A stretch of 64,000 nt of DNA from Macrostomum hystrix (taxonomy: Eukaryota; Animalia; Platyhelminthes), in NCBI GenBank assembly GCA_950097015.1, contig CATNEN010000001.1, positions 5,270,001-5,334,000 on the forward strand, given 5' to 3'. A program made the translations under genes and the position numbers. Below the pieces are notes generated by a model. That model saw nothing but the letters and a program-made list of their open reading frames with translations. It was not told the origin of the DNA and did not search any database. Each line of letters opens with the position of its first letter. Position 1 is the stretch's first letter. Of this stretch, positions 10,732 through 23,000 are shown piece after piece.

Positions 10732-13700
10732 TCAAACAATGATTTCAGTTAGAGAATTATGAGACCATCTGGCACTGCCTGGAATTATCTCCAGTTCACA
10801 ATCGTCTCTAGTTATTCCGGTTCGCGCAATTGTTAACTCGATTTGCGTTCGCTGTAGATAATTTCTGAAACTGTCTCCCTGGCAACCATCCTGCTTGGTG
10901 GCCCAACTGAGGCTGCCTGAGACGATGGACTCTGGATAGGCCGTGTAGGATGAGAAAGCGGCTCGGGCCGAAATCTGGATAACAAATTGTCGAATAGTTG
11001 TTGTCATACTACTTGTCTAAGTAGTTAATCATCAGTTGTAAAATTATTGCCAGACAGTGGAACAGGCACAGCCGCAGCTACTGTTCGGCGCTTTCTATCG
11101 CTGCGTACAGTCCGTGGACTGAAGGCTACATCCACCAGAATTTCCCCAACGAATTCAGTATCTTGTAACCATTTTACAACGGGGTGATCGGAATAGTAGG
11201 TATTAAATATCCTGCTCTAGGTTATAAACCTAAACGTCGTAATAAAGCCTTCGTCTTTTTATTGCTAGAAAGAATGACTCTTATGATAAATATCATTCCT
11301 GAAATCACAATTCCTCTGAATTCATTTCATTTGGATCTATAATTAAGTGGATGACCAGCATCAACTTGGAAAATTAATGTGTGCAATAGATCGACTAAAA
11401 ATACTTTTGATACGACGCAATTACCATTACTAATTATTAATTCTAAGAAATCAATAAAGTCATACCATACCTGTAAGTTGTACTCTAGAATGTCCAAAAT
11501 CTGGAAGTCTTCATCGTCGTTACCAAACGGATTAATTAGGCACATGGCCACCTTCATCCAGCCCATTAGAAAGAGGAACTGAAATGAGAAGGAAGACGTG
11601 AAAATCTTAAAATGTATATTCGTAGGTATATATCTATATTAATTATGAATCATACTACGCAACTCACCCGAAATATGCCAAAGACAGGCACGAATAGGTC
11701 TATCCGTCTGTCCAACACATAAACCTGGCCCTGATGATCCGCTGAGCCGACGTACTCCATGATGTGAATTGGTGCAATGGTGCGATTCAGTTTCAGTGAC
11801 AAAGCAGTGGCTGTTGCTTTGGCGTCAATAAACTGCTGGCTGAACAATTGCAGCAGGAAGTAGCTGTACACGGCAATGATTACCACCTGGATTGATAATT
11901 GAATATATAAGGTCTTAACGATAGAAAATGACACTTAACCTTCTCTGTGCATGCTCTGTCCATGGACTTTTTGCTTTATTTACCTGCGTATAGACCAGCG
12001 GTATGAGGACGTTGGTATAGTTGATGAGATTTTGAACTTTTTTACGACACTGCTCAACCTCTTGCATTAAAATTGCCATCGTTCTACAAAAGAGACGTTT
12101 GAAGGAATGAGTTGATAATGAAAAGTCACTCCCATGAACAAATTATGTACCTCATATCGCAGTAGCCATTCAGCATGGCCTGCTTGCATATACGCGTAGC
12201 CCACTGCATTGGCAGCCAGTACTCTGGACAATAGGCTCGCCCATACTTGGCGCAGTACTGCTGCTCAGTCTCAATCATGGCTTCAACTTCGGCCTCGGTG
12301 GCCAGCTTGCCAAAGTGCATTCGAACTTCGCTGCAGGAATTGATGCTGGTCAAGTAGGTACCAATGGGCATTGGCTGGCCGCGTGCTTTCTGAAATTAGA
12401 GGAGATTACGTACGTACGCGTGTTACTCACTAAGCTCATGAATCGGAACATATAAAGATGGAGACATGCGACAGGCGACCCGCAGCCGGCGAGGAGATAA
12501 TGCCACGCATTAAACTGAAGTAAGAGTGTACATTGCCTGACGATGAGAAAGCCAGTGCAGATGTACACGCACATTTCCATCCAGGTCAAATGTTGCCAAA
12601 TGAGGCGCCATTCCAAGCTTGGGGGCTTGCTTGCGGGTGAGTGGCAGAGCATTTGCAGAGCGTTTGCCTCTCGCGCCAATTTTCTTAAGCTCGATTCCGC
12701 GGCGAGGCCACCACATTCATTTGGGGCGCAGCCGCGGAGAGAAGGCTTTGGGGCTTGTCGTGCAAATGGCCCTTGTGGGCCAACCTTTAAGTACAGTGAG
12801 AGTGTACACTGCCTGAGGATGAGAAAGTCCGGGCAGATGTACACATGTGTGTGTGCCTGCGTACGGTATCTGTGTGCGTGTGAGCTCAAGAGTCGACGGA
12901 ATGGGCAGAATGGCCTCCTCGCTGGTAATCACCAAATCATAAAGCATCACTAAATGATGTGCCATTGCCCGCAGCCCTCCTGCAATTATTATAATATTTA
13001 TTATAATATTTATTATTATTCATCACGCTTCAATTTGGTGCACTTAGACGTGTCGACTAGAAAGATGGAGTACTCTTACAGGCCAGAGCTTCCATACGGC
13101 GAGCGCACCGCGTCGACCAACTTTGCCTTCGCTGAAGTATTTCTCCAGCTTGCGACAGATCTGGCTGAGACCCAGGATCCAGCCAAGATTTACGTAGCGC
13201 ATCAGGTTAAGGCGAATCTGACGCGCCGTCTCAGCCTCCTCCGGAGCGCCGGTGATAAATGCTTGGGCGAAGGTCGCCAGCCGATTCATCCATGGAATGC
13301 TCATGTACATTTGCCACCAGCGAGCCAGGATGCCTATCATTATTTATATGGAATGAATACAAGTGTTTTCTAGACGAAGCCTTTTCAATGTTCGAGTGAT
13401 TCTATGGCATGGTTTCTAGGGTTGTCAATGTCTTTTAGCTGAGGACCTTCTGTGGAGAGCGCCCAATATACATTTTTGCAATTGAATTCGCCGAAACTGC
13501 AAAACAATTGCCCATAGAAGCCAATGTGGTCTAAAAATAGTAAGCCCATAGACATTAAGCTAAAAGTCGAGATTGAATTCGCCAAAATTGCATTTGAATT
13601 CGCACTGGTGACGTGTCTATATGTTGCTAACATCGAGATCACACAGCAGAAGTGCTTGAAGTGGGCTAATCACACGGCAACCTACTTGAATCGCTGCCTG

Positions 13701-14486
13701 AATCATGAAGACATTTTGGCATAATTGATTGCTCTTTTCTTTGATCGTTCGGTTGACTTCATTCTACATCAGTTCACAAAATTTTTTTTCTCATCGATTG
13801 TTTCTCATTTGAAGCTTTTTTTCAAGGGGAATTCAATTGCATTTGAATCGAATTCAAATGCAATTTTGGCGAATTCAATCTTAGCCGTTTAGCATTATGT
13901 CTATGGGCTTACTATTTTTAGACCACATTGGCTTCTATAGGCGAATAGTTTTGCTGTTTCGGCGAATTCAATTGCACAAAGGTATATTTGCGGCATTAAC
14001 ATTTCGTTTATGGCCTTAAACCAGAATTAAATATAGTTTGTTACGCAAATAGCTCGTTTTGATATCTCTATGGTCCAAGCAATGTGGACAAAGTATACTT
14101 TGAGGTGTGGGGTGAAGCTTCCACATTTTTATCAGCAGTTTTAGAATTTTGAACAAGTCCTGCCTTGAGGGAGGAGTGTTTGGCAGACTTTTTATGTACA
14201 TTTTTGCGCTCTAAAACACACCTGAAACAAAGAACGCCAAGAGAAACGACAGTGGAATGTCGCGATCCTTTTCGTAGCAGAATTTCACCACACGCTCAAA
14301 GTCTCGCCTTCTCTCCGGTTCCAGAGCCAGCCTGTAGACTAGGCTGAGCACGGTGTACAGAACTATGTAGATTATCAGCTCCGCTCCAATCAGTTTGTAG
14401 ATGCTGCCTTCCCATAGACAGAGGATGCGGAATGCCGCACCGCCTTGCTGACTGTTCATGATGGCTTTCCCATAGCTGACGGACAT
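10732..14486 (-). CDS. BEST: Bestrophin family Ca2+-activated chloride channel, paralogue A (~475 aa); exons 14222-14486, 13080-13333, 12151-12389, 11984-12083, 11668-11886, 11471-11578, 10732-10974
   Basis: [65 protein letters not shown]; all introns GT-AG and phase-consistent. Confidence 0.93.
12633..13020 (+). mobile_element. SINE family A copy in bestrophin A intron 2 (extra hairpin fragment at ~12524-12570)
   Basis: tRNA-like head (GCTCGATTCC), body and 3' module homologous to other copies; AT-rich (ATT)-type tail. Confidence 0.82.
13463..13990. mobile_element. MITE/foldback element with ~140-bp imperfect inverted repeats (bestrophin A intron 1)
   Basis: GCAATTGAATTCGCCGAAAC...GCCCATAGACA...GCATTTGAATTCG (~13478-13602) is the reverse complement of ~13849-13975. 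Confidence 0.8.
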
Positions 14487-15345
14487 GTTTTGCTGTTGTT
14501 CTGCTCAATTTGAGTAGCCCAAGGAAATTGTGCTGATGAATCTCTGCTGCCCCTTGTTCGACTGTTTTTTATATCCGCGTCATGCAGGACCCTAATCAGA
14601 CTTGCGAGATGCACCGGAGCGATAGGAGATCCTGTGACAGTCAAGATTGGTCCAGGGGTTTGCCAGGACGAATTATAGGGGCAAAGAGAATGTCAAGAGG
14701 GTTATAAGGCCGGGGGTAAGATACAACTTGCTCGTCAGTGAGTTTGCATGATATTATATATGTATATAAATAGAGAGTAGAGCTTAGAGACTCACGCATA
14801 GAGACAATGATTCTCTGCTGTCCCAGGGGTCTAGCTGTGCAGCTTCACTCGCTGCAATGTGCCTATTCTATCAGGACTGCGGATTCCCCCCAGCTCCCAT
14901 CGCCATGCAGCTACACAGATAGACAAAGACAGAAGTTAGCGCACTCATTGACGTAAAAACAATGCAAAGTTTTCAACTTGGGACAAGCGTTTTAACAGAT
15001 GAGGAATCTGCAGAGAATACTAAATAATTAATTTGAGCGAGATTTTACAAGCGGGAACTCAAATTGGAAGCGGTGCACTATCCCGTTTGCGGGGCAGTGA
15101 ATGTAAAATCCTGTAATCCTCCAATTTTTAGGTTATTGAATAAGAAAACTACATACAGAAAATGTTTCTAAAGGCTGTGTAAAGGCAGTCCATGGACTGG
15201 ACTCCGGCCGCACCCCCACCCAAATTTCCATCCCAGCTAAAATGAAATGAAGCAACTTGACTTTAGTGAGTTGATTGACCTCGGGAACTCATATTGATTT
15301 CCTAAGGTTTTGATTCGAACCTTGTCCTCTCGATTAACTCTAGAG

Positions 15346-15924
15346 CAGGGGTCGGCAAACTTATTAGCTGGCGGGCCAAGGAGAGAATCTAAAAGACGAC
15401 AGCGGGCCGCTTTGATTATAGAAATACGATATAAGGGAGAGATGAGACACGGGAGAGACGAGACACGGGAGAGATGAGACACGGAAGAGATGAGACACGG
15501 GAGAGATGAGACACGGGAGAGATGAGACACGGGAGAGATGAGACACGGGAGAGATGAGACACGGGAGAGATGAGACACGGGAGAGATGAGACACGGGAGA
15601 GATGAGACACGGGAGAGATGAGACACGGGAGAGATGAGACACGGGAGAGATGAGACACGGGAGAGATAAGACACGGGAGAGATGAGACACGGGAGAGATG
15701 AGACACGGGAGAGATGAGACACGGGAGAGATGAGACACGGGAGAGATGAGACACGGGAGAGATGAGACACGGGAGAGATGAGACACGGGAGAGATGAGAC
15801 ACGGGAGAGATGAGACACGGGAGCGATGAGACAGGATACTATAGGTGTTGGAAGGGGCAACGGGCCGGATTTGGGAGCTTCGAGGGCCGCATCTGGCCCG
15901 CGGGCCGGAGTTTGCCGACCCCTG
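15346..15924. mobile_element. hAT (Charlie/Buster-type) MITE carrying a 16-bp minisatellite
   Basis: Perfect 15-bp TIR CAGGGGTCGGCAAAC / GTTTGCCGACCCCTG; perfect 8-bp TSD CTCTAGAG (15338-15345, 15925-15932); internal (GGGAGAGATGAGACAC)n. Confidence 0.93.
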
Positions 15925-17005
15925 CTCTAGAGAGACCGAGGGGCTGTTTCAAATACCCAGATTTTTTTATTTTTTCAGTTTCTCTTATAATATTCAACCA
16001 ATCGCCATAAATACCCAAAAAAACTGGCTAATCTTTCGCACTCTATCAAATGAAACAATTTTCTGAATCACAAAACAAAGGCTTCGTCTGGATATTTATC
16101 GACTCTCGTGGCAAAATGCACATTTAGTTAGTTCATTGTAAAGAGTGGAAAATGATTATCAATTTAGTAGACTTTGACGAAAATCGGTCATTCGGTTTGG
16201 GAGCTATCGTGAATTAGACATTGGTCTCTTCCCCTGGGGGATAATAGCGTTTTTTTAAATAGCTATTCAAATTAAAAATTAAAACGATTTTTTCGAAAGT
16301 TTTTTGCATCATTTTATTATGTAATACTTCGTAATGCATTTGTGTATTAAATATCATTTAGTGTTGTGAAATACAAAAGGTAATAACTGAAATAATAATA
16401 TATAAATTAGTCATTCATTCGTAACGGCGCAAATTACAAAAAACAAACTTTGCATGTACGATGTTGATTGATTGACAACAAAGCAACTGATATACTTATT
16501 TTTATGTGTCGAAGAAAAATAATGGTTATAGATAAATTCAGATTAATACAATTAAATTTGTCAATAAGTCGAATAAAAATAGCGTCTTGTAGACAAAAAA
16601 AGTAAACAATTGTATGCTTCCATGCCACTATAGTAATAGTAAATCTAAAACATGAACAAGCGAACCAATCTGTACAGTCAAAATAAAACAACGGAAAACT
16701 ATTCATGCTGAAAAAATAAAATTATTGTATAAAAAAGCAGTATAGCAAGCTCACTTCCTTCACAGAGTTATATAGAATCTTATGAATGACGCGCTATGTA
16801 CTACTGTGAGTATGACGCGCAAAATTCACATCTAATTTACGCAAGACTCACAATCTTAATTTAAATTTTCAAGTAATATGGAACTGAAACAAAATATTGA
16901 TTCTCGGTTGTTAGCTGATGCTAATCTTATGACTTGAAAGTCGCTAAACTTTTTTCTTTCATTGCTTACTCGCTTTCAAGTAGGCAGTGAGGTAACAAAC
17001 AAATT

Positions 17006-20000
17006 CTACAGGCCAGACGTCAGGGGTTCGAGAGCCGCTGAACGCACTGACGCCGGCGATGCAGCGGCATTGCCGTTGCGTAATAGGCGACCCATCTTGC
17101 GACCCCTGGCCCTGTACTCTTCGTCTTCATCGACTTCATCTTCGTTGCCAGCGCCGTTTGATTGTCTCTGACGCCGGCCGCGGCAGATGTCGATCAAACG
17201 ACTGGTCAACGGCTGCTGGACTAGAAACGGCTGCAGGCTGCTGAGCTCGGCTTCGCCCAACTCGCCAGCTGAGTCGAATTCCAACTCCGCCGCGGCCAGG
17301 TAGTCGAAGAGGCCGTCGTTTTCGCTGCCAGGAGCTCGACGAATCCACTCCATGGACGCCTCGTTGAGGCCCTCGGGAAACAGGCTGGGCAGAGCTTCGG
17401 AACAGCGGGAAGAAATCTGCAGAGGGTTGCAGTTGATTGATTTCTGCTGTATTTTGTACTAGAAACAGAATTGGGAGCTTATCATCAAGTAATCCATTGA
17501 CTAAACAGCAGTACAGTCATTGGAAGTGTTGCGCAATCGTTGCGGCTGTGCCACTCGCTCACCTCTAGATTGTAGTCCAGCATCTCAGAGGTGTGAAAGT
17601 CTTCATCATCATCACCGAAGGGATTCATCACGCACATGGCCACTTTGAGCCAGCCCATGAGAAACAGGAACTGGAAGATGTTTAGAAAGCATATTCAGTG
17701 GCGTCTAGGTTTAATGCGTAGAGCGCAGAGCAATCAACCAATCAATAGTTACCTGGAATACAGTGAAAACCGGAAAGTACATATCGATAACTTCGTCGTG
17801 ATGATCATTACGGCCAGTTGATATTGGGGACACAGTAGAATTGGTCAATTCACCCAACCTAGTGGCAGTCAGGGTTGGATTGACAAATTGTTGGCTGAAC
17901 AATTGCAATAGAAAGTAGCTGTAAACGGCTATGATGACCACCTGAAACAGTGGAGTTTTATGTAGGTTGAGAGTAGATTGGGGCATCATTTTAAACAAGT
18001 TTATTTAGTTGAGTAATTACACAGACTAACCTGCGTGTAGACGAGAGGAATCATGACGTCATTGTAGATGACTAAAGTCTGCATCATGCCTCGAACATCT
18101 TCGATTTCTTCCATCAGTTTAACCATGGATCTGTATAATATGTAGTGATGACGGTAATGTCAGTTAGCAGTAGAAAGACTTGGGGGCTGTTTCAAGGGGG
18201 CGAGTGCGTGAGCGGCTAACGTCGCTGCCTCGCACTCCAAAGGACGCTAGTTCGATTCACCCTTCAAGTCACGATTAATTTCGGGACTTGTTGGGGGGTT
18301 TGGACAGTAGCGACCAGCGGAGGTGCACCATATTTCGTGCAATCAAAGCTTGAAATAATAGCTTCGCTCCTACCTTCTGTGTGCCTGTTCTGCGTTGTGT
18401 GAGTTGTGTGCGTTGGCGCTGGGGCGTGAGACCTTGCGGGGGGTGGCTGGAGGGCGGGTGTACACCGCCGCGCGCTTTCTGGACTTCCGTCGACGCGATT
18501 GGATAAGTGTACACTCATCACCCGGCCCCCCCCCTGAGGACTGATTTCATATCAGCCTTCCGCCCCGGCTTGGTCTGCTATGTGCGTGTGGGGCTGGGGT
18601 GGGGGGCACTGCTGCCTATTCTGGGTGCCTCCTGCCCTCCCCGGCTGGTCTGTGCTGCTGTGTGTGGTGCCTGCTCAGGGGAGGGCGGAACTTTCACGTG
18701 AATCAGTCTTTTTTTTTACAAATAATGCTACAGTGGTAGTAAGTAGTAACAAAATTGCCCCTTACCTTGGATCGCACAGGCCGTGAATCATTGCCTTCTT
18801 GCACAATAGTACGGCCCACTGTAACGGTAGCCAATAGTCTGGCACATACGACCGGTGATACTTGCTAACGAATTCGCTCTCCGTGCGTTGGAACGCTTTG
18901 ATCTCCGTCTCGGTGACCAGTTTGCGAAAATGCTGCCTGACCCTGGGACACCGGTTGATGCTCTCAAGCAGGTAGCGAACTCCGCGCTCGGACTAAACAA
19001 AGAGAAATCGTCCATTTTTGTTGTCATATTGTATCCTAAATTCATGAATGCAAATTTTGACGTTAAACAAACCACAAGTTAATTAATTGTGTCAAATGTT
19101 TCTGTTATACACAAAAACATGATTTTAAGCGCTTTTATTAACAGTAGATAGACCACTTGGGAATTTGAAATGCCCACTGCCTACTTCACGATAGTTCCCA
19201 AACCGAATGACCGATGACCGTGAAAGTCCACCCTATGGATCATAACTTTTTCGCCCATTACGATGAATTAACTTTCAAAGCAGTACGGACGTCATTATCG
19301 TCGAGATATTCAGCGGTTCTTGTAGAAGATCCTGATGACAAGGCCGACTAAGATCATATTTGGTCAATAATCTGAGTCCATCTGTCGTAGGGACATCATT
19401 TCAGGCACCAGTGTCCTCTTCATCGCCCTCTAGAGCATCGAGAGCATCGGCGGCGACCGTCGGGACCTTCGTTGAGATGCCGATCGGGTGCTTCTGTTGA
19501 CGGTCCCCTCGAGTGGAAAATTGTGGCCTATTTTCTGGATTTTCATAGCGATTTTCATGGGATTGTTAAATATTTTAGGAGATACAGAAAAATGTATGTA
19601 TTTGAAATACCCCTACTTGGTCTTTCTACTGTTAAGGACAAGTTTGTTAAATCATAGGGAAAGCAATTAATAACAAGCTTAAATTGCGCACAACATTCGC
19701 GTGTTAAAAGGAAAAACCCTTGCATATTTTAGGTCTCTTTGAAAAGTACGAAGTTTTGAAATTGTCTCGACTCCCACTTATTTTTTTAACTGGCTAAATA
19801 TACTCTCGAGGGTATGATGAGGAGATTAGAGAAATTCGCAACTTAGTGTGTACAGCCAACTATGGTGCCGTCAGTTGATGGTCGAGAAGACACCGAAGGC
19901 TGTTCATATGATGAAGACGCATCTGTCTGATGAAATTTAAACGCTTGGAAAGCTCTGCCGTGATAATATAAATAATTGCAGGAGGGCTGCGGGCAATGGC

Positions 20001-23000
20001 ACATCATTTGGTGACACTAGACCAGCAGCCAGCGAGGAGGCTGCTGGTTTTGCTCGTTTCACTGACTCCTGAGCACACACGCACAGGTGTGTACATCTGC
20101 CCTGACTTTCTCATCGTCAGGCAGTGTACACTCTCACTGCGCCTTTGAAGTTGGCCCTCAAGGCCGTAAATTGCACGACAAGCCTTCTCTCCGCGGCTGC
20201 GCACCAAATGAATGTGGCCTCGCCGCGGAATCGAGCTCAGGGACCTTGGCGCGAGAAGAAACGCGTTAGCCACTCACTACCTTTGTGTAGGATTGAATTT
20301 TAAACTGTCAGTGGTAAAATGCTGTTAAAGAAAAACTAATAATTAACGCGTAGTATAATGCGCATTGCATTTTTTCATTGAAATATCCGGTTATCTGGTT
20401 GTCACCCTTTTCGAGCTGGCGTGCAATTCCGCAGCCATCTGGTTTGTACCGGCCAACCTGTCGAACAAGTAGCGAATCCTCGCCAAAACACCTCGGACGC
20501 CCTTCGGTGTTCGGTGTTTGAAAATATAAATAACAAGCTCAGTACAGGTAAAATATAGATAACTCTATTTAAGTCAGCAGGAAGAATGTGACATTTGAGC
20601 AGATTTCGGAGCACGAAAGATTTGGGGGAGGGAAGGAAGCCCCGGCTCAGGACCTGACGACGCATCGCAAATCAGAGAATCCTGCGATCTTTGTCGTCAA
20701 GGACTAGCGATGCCGAATCGCGTGTCGGCGATAATTTCGCCGGCACGCATGAAGCAAGCAGTGTCTGCCGACGGCTTAGCAAAGGATCACTGATGATGAC
20801 CAGTAGGGGGGGGTTGCACAGGTGGAACTGCGGAGACAAGACTGTCATTTTTTAGGAGAAGCGTGACAGAGGTCGAAGCATTGTCTAGATGAACGCAGCT
20901 TGTGTGTGTGTGAGACCTACCTCTTGACTTGACGAGGTCTAGTTTAAGCGATGAATAAGCAAAGTATAGGCATTTGGCTATAGGCAAATAGGTAATTTCA
21001 GACTGCAGAAGTTGTCGCATTTATTGCAAAAAAGACTAAAAGTAATGTTCATATTCGAGCTGTTTAGTAGCGATGTGTTGCTATAATATATCACTGTTGT
21101 AACCAGATATGCTTGGACACTGTATAATTGAACATGGGAGAGATGAGACACGGAGAGATGAGACACGGGAGAGATGAGACACGGGAGAGACGAGACACGG
21201 GAGAGATGAGACACGGGAGAGACGAGACACGGGAGAGATGAGACACGGGAGAGATGAGACACGGGAGAGATGAGACACGGGAGAGATGAGACACGGGAGA
21301 GACGAGACACGGGAGAGATGAGACACGGAAGAGACGAGACATGGAAGAGATGAGACACGGGAGAGATGAGACACGGGAGAGATGAGACACGGGAGAGATG
21401 AGACACGGGAGAGATGAGACACGGGAGAGACGAGACACGGGAGAGATGAGACACGGAAGAGACGAGACATGGAAGAGATGAGACACGGGAGAGATGAGAC
21501 ACGGGAGAGATGAGACACGGGAGAGATGAGACACGGGAGAGATGAGACATGGGAGAGATGAGACACGGGAGAGATGAGACACGGGAGAGATGAGACACGG
21601 GAGAGATGAGACACGGGAGAGATGAGACACGGGAGAGATGAGACACGGGAGAGATGAGACACGGGAGAGATGAGACACGGGAGAGATGAGACACGGGAGA
21701 GATGAGACACGGGAGAGATGCGGAAAGAAATTGATATCAGATGAATTCTGGGAGTTTCTAATATAGCGAGCTGTTTAGCAAAGCCCCTGAAATCGCATAG
21801 CTGCAGGAGTTCAGAGCTCACAGTGCTTCTCTTGGCTGCCTGTTCCACAGGTTTGGCGTCAGAGAACCGGTGCATGATCTTCTCAGAAATGGAGTGCATG
21901 AGCAGTATCCATCCAAGGTTCAAGTAGCGCATCATGCTCAGCCTGAGTCGCCGCGCGTGCTCAAAATTCTCCCGGGTGCCGGTGAGAATTCCGTAGGATA
22001 GAAACGAGATTCGATTCAGCCAGGGTATGTTGAGGTACATCTGCCACCAGCGACCGATCACGCCTGGAGTTGGGAACAGTTGAGAAAGCTATTATTAGCA
22101 CATTAGGCACACCCCTTAAGATAGCGATTTTCGGGAAGATTATTTGGGAAAATAATTTTGTCTCTTTCCTTCTCAGGAAATGTTCTTTACTCGCTGAATT
22201 ATTTAGGAAAAAGACTGAAGCAACGTGACAGGGAACAGACAGTGGAAAAAAACAAAAACATTCAGTTGTTGGCATCGAACTGACAGACAAGAAAAGAAAT
22301 TAAATTTAGAAAAAGCCACTTGATGAGTAAATACGTAAGAACATAAGTATCCCTGCTTGAAAAGAAAAAAGTAACCTGTTAGACACCATAGAATCAAGTG
22401 TTAGACACCATAGAATCACCTGTTAGACACCATAGAATCAAGTGTTAGACACCATAGAATCAAGTGTTAGACACCATAGAATCACCTGTTAGACACCATA
22501 GAATCAAGTGTTAGACCCATAGAATCAAGTGTTAGACACCATAGAATCAAGTGTTAGACACCATAGAAACAAGTGTTAGACACCATAGAATCAAGTGTTA
22601 GACACCATAGAATCAAGTGTTAGACACCATAGAATCACCTGTTAGACACCATAAAATCACCTGTTAGACACCATAGAATCAAGTGTTAGACCCATAGAAT
22701 CAAGTGTTAGACACCATAGAATCAAGTGTTAGACACCATAGAAACAAGTGTTAGACACCATAGAATCACCTGTTAGACACCATAAAATCACCTGTTAGAC
22801 ACCATAGAATCAAGTGTTAGACCCATAGAATCAAGTGTTAGACACCATAGAATCAAGTGTTAGACACCATAGAAACAAGTGTTAGACACCATAGAATCAA
22901 GTGTTAGACACCATAGAATCAAGTGTTAGACACCATAGAATCACCTGTTAGACACCATAAAATCACCTGTTAGACACCATAGAATCAAGTGTTAGACCCA

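Noticed and set aside
12536-12552. CTGACGA-TGA-GAAA as a hammerhead ribozyme core in SINE A
   Set aside because: No stem II between the conserved blocks and no stem III or cleavage triplet; the bases sit in a simple hairpin.
19813-19930. Box C/D snoRNA (ATGATGA…CTGA)
   Set aside because: Antisense to the host gene, with no terminal stem or recognisable rRNA guide.
20400-20830. Extra bestrophin B exons in intron 2
   Set aside because: Candidate frames hit stops or have incompatible phase; exons 2 and 3 already join in frame as in paralogue A.
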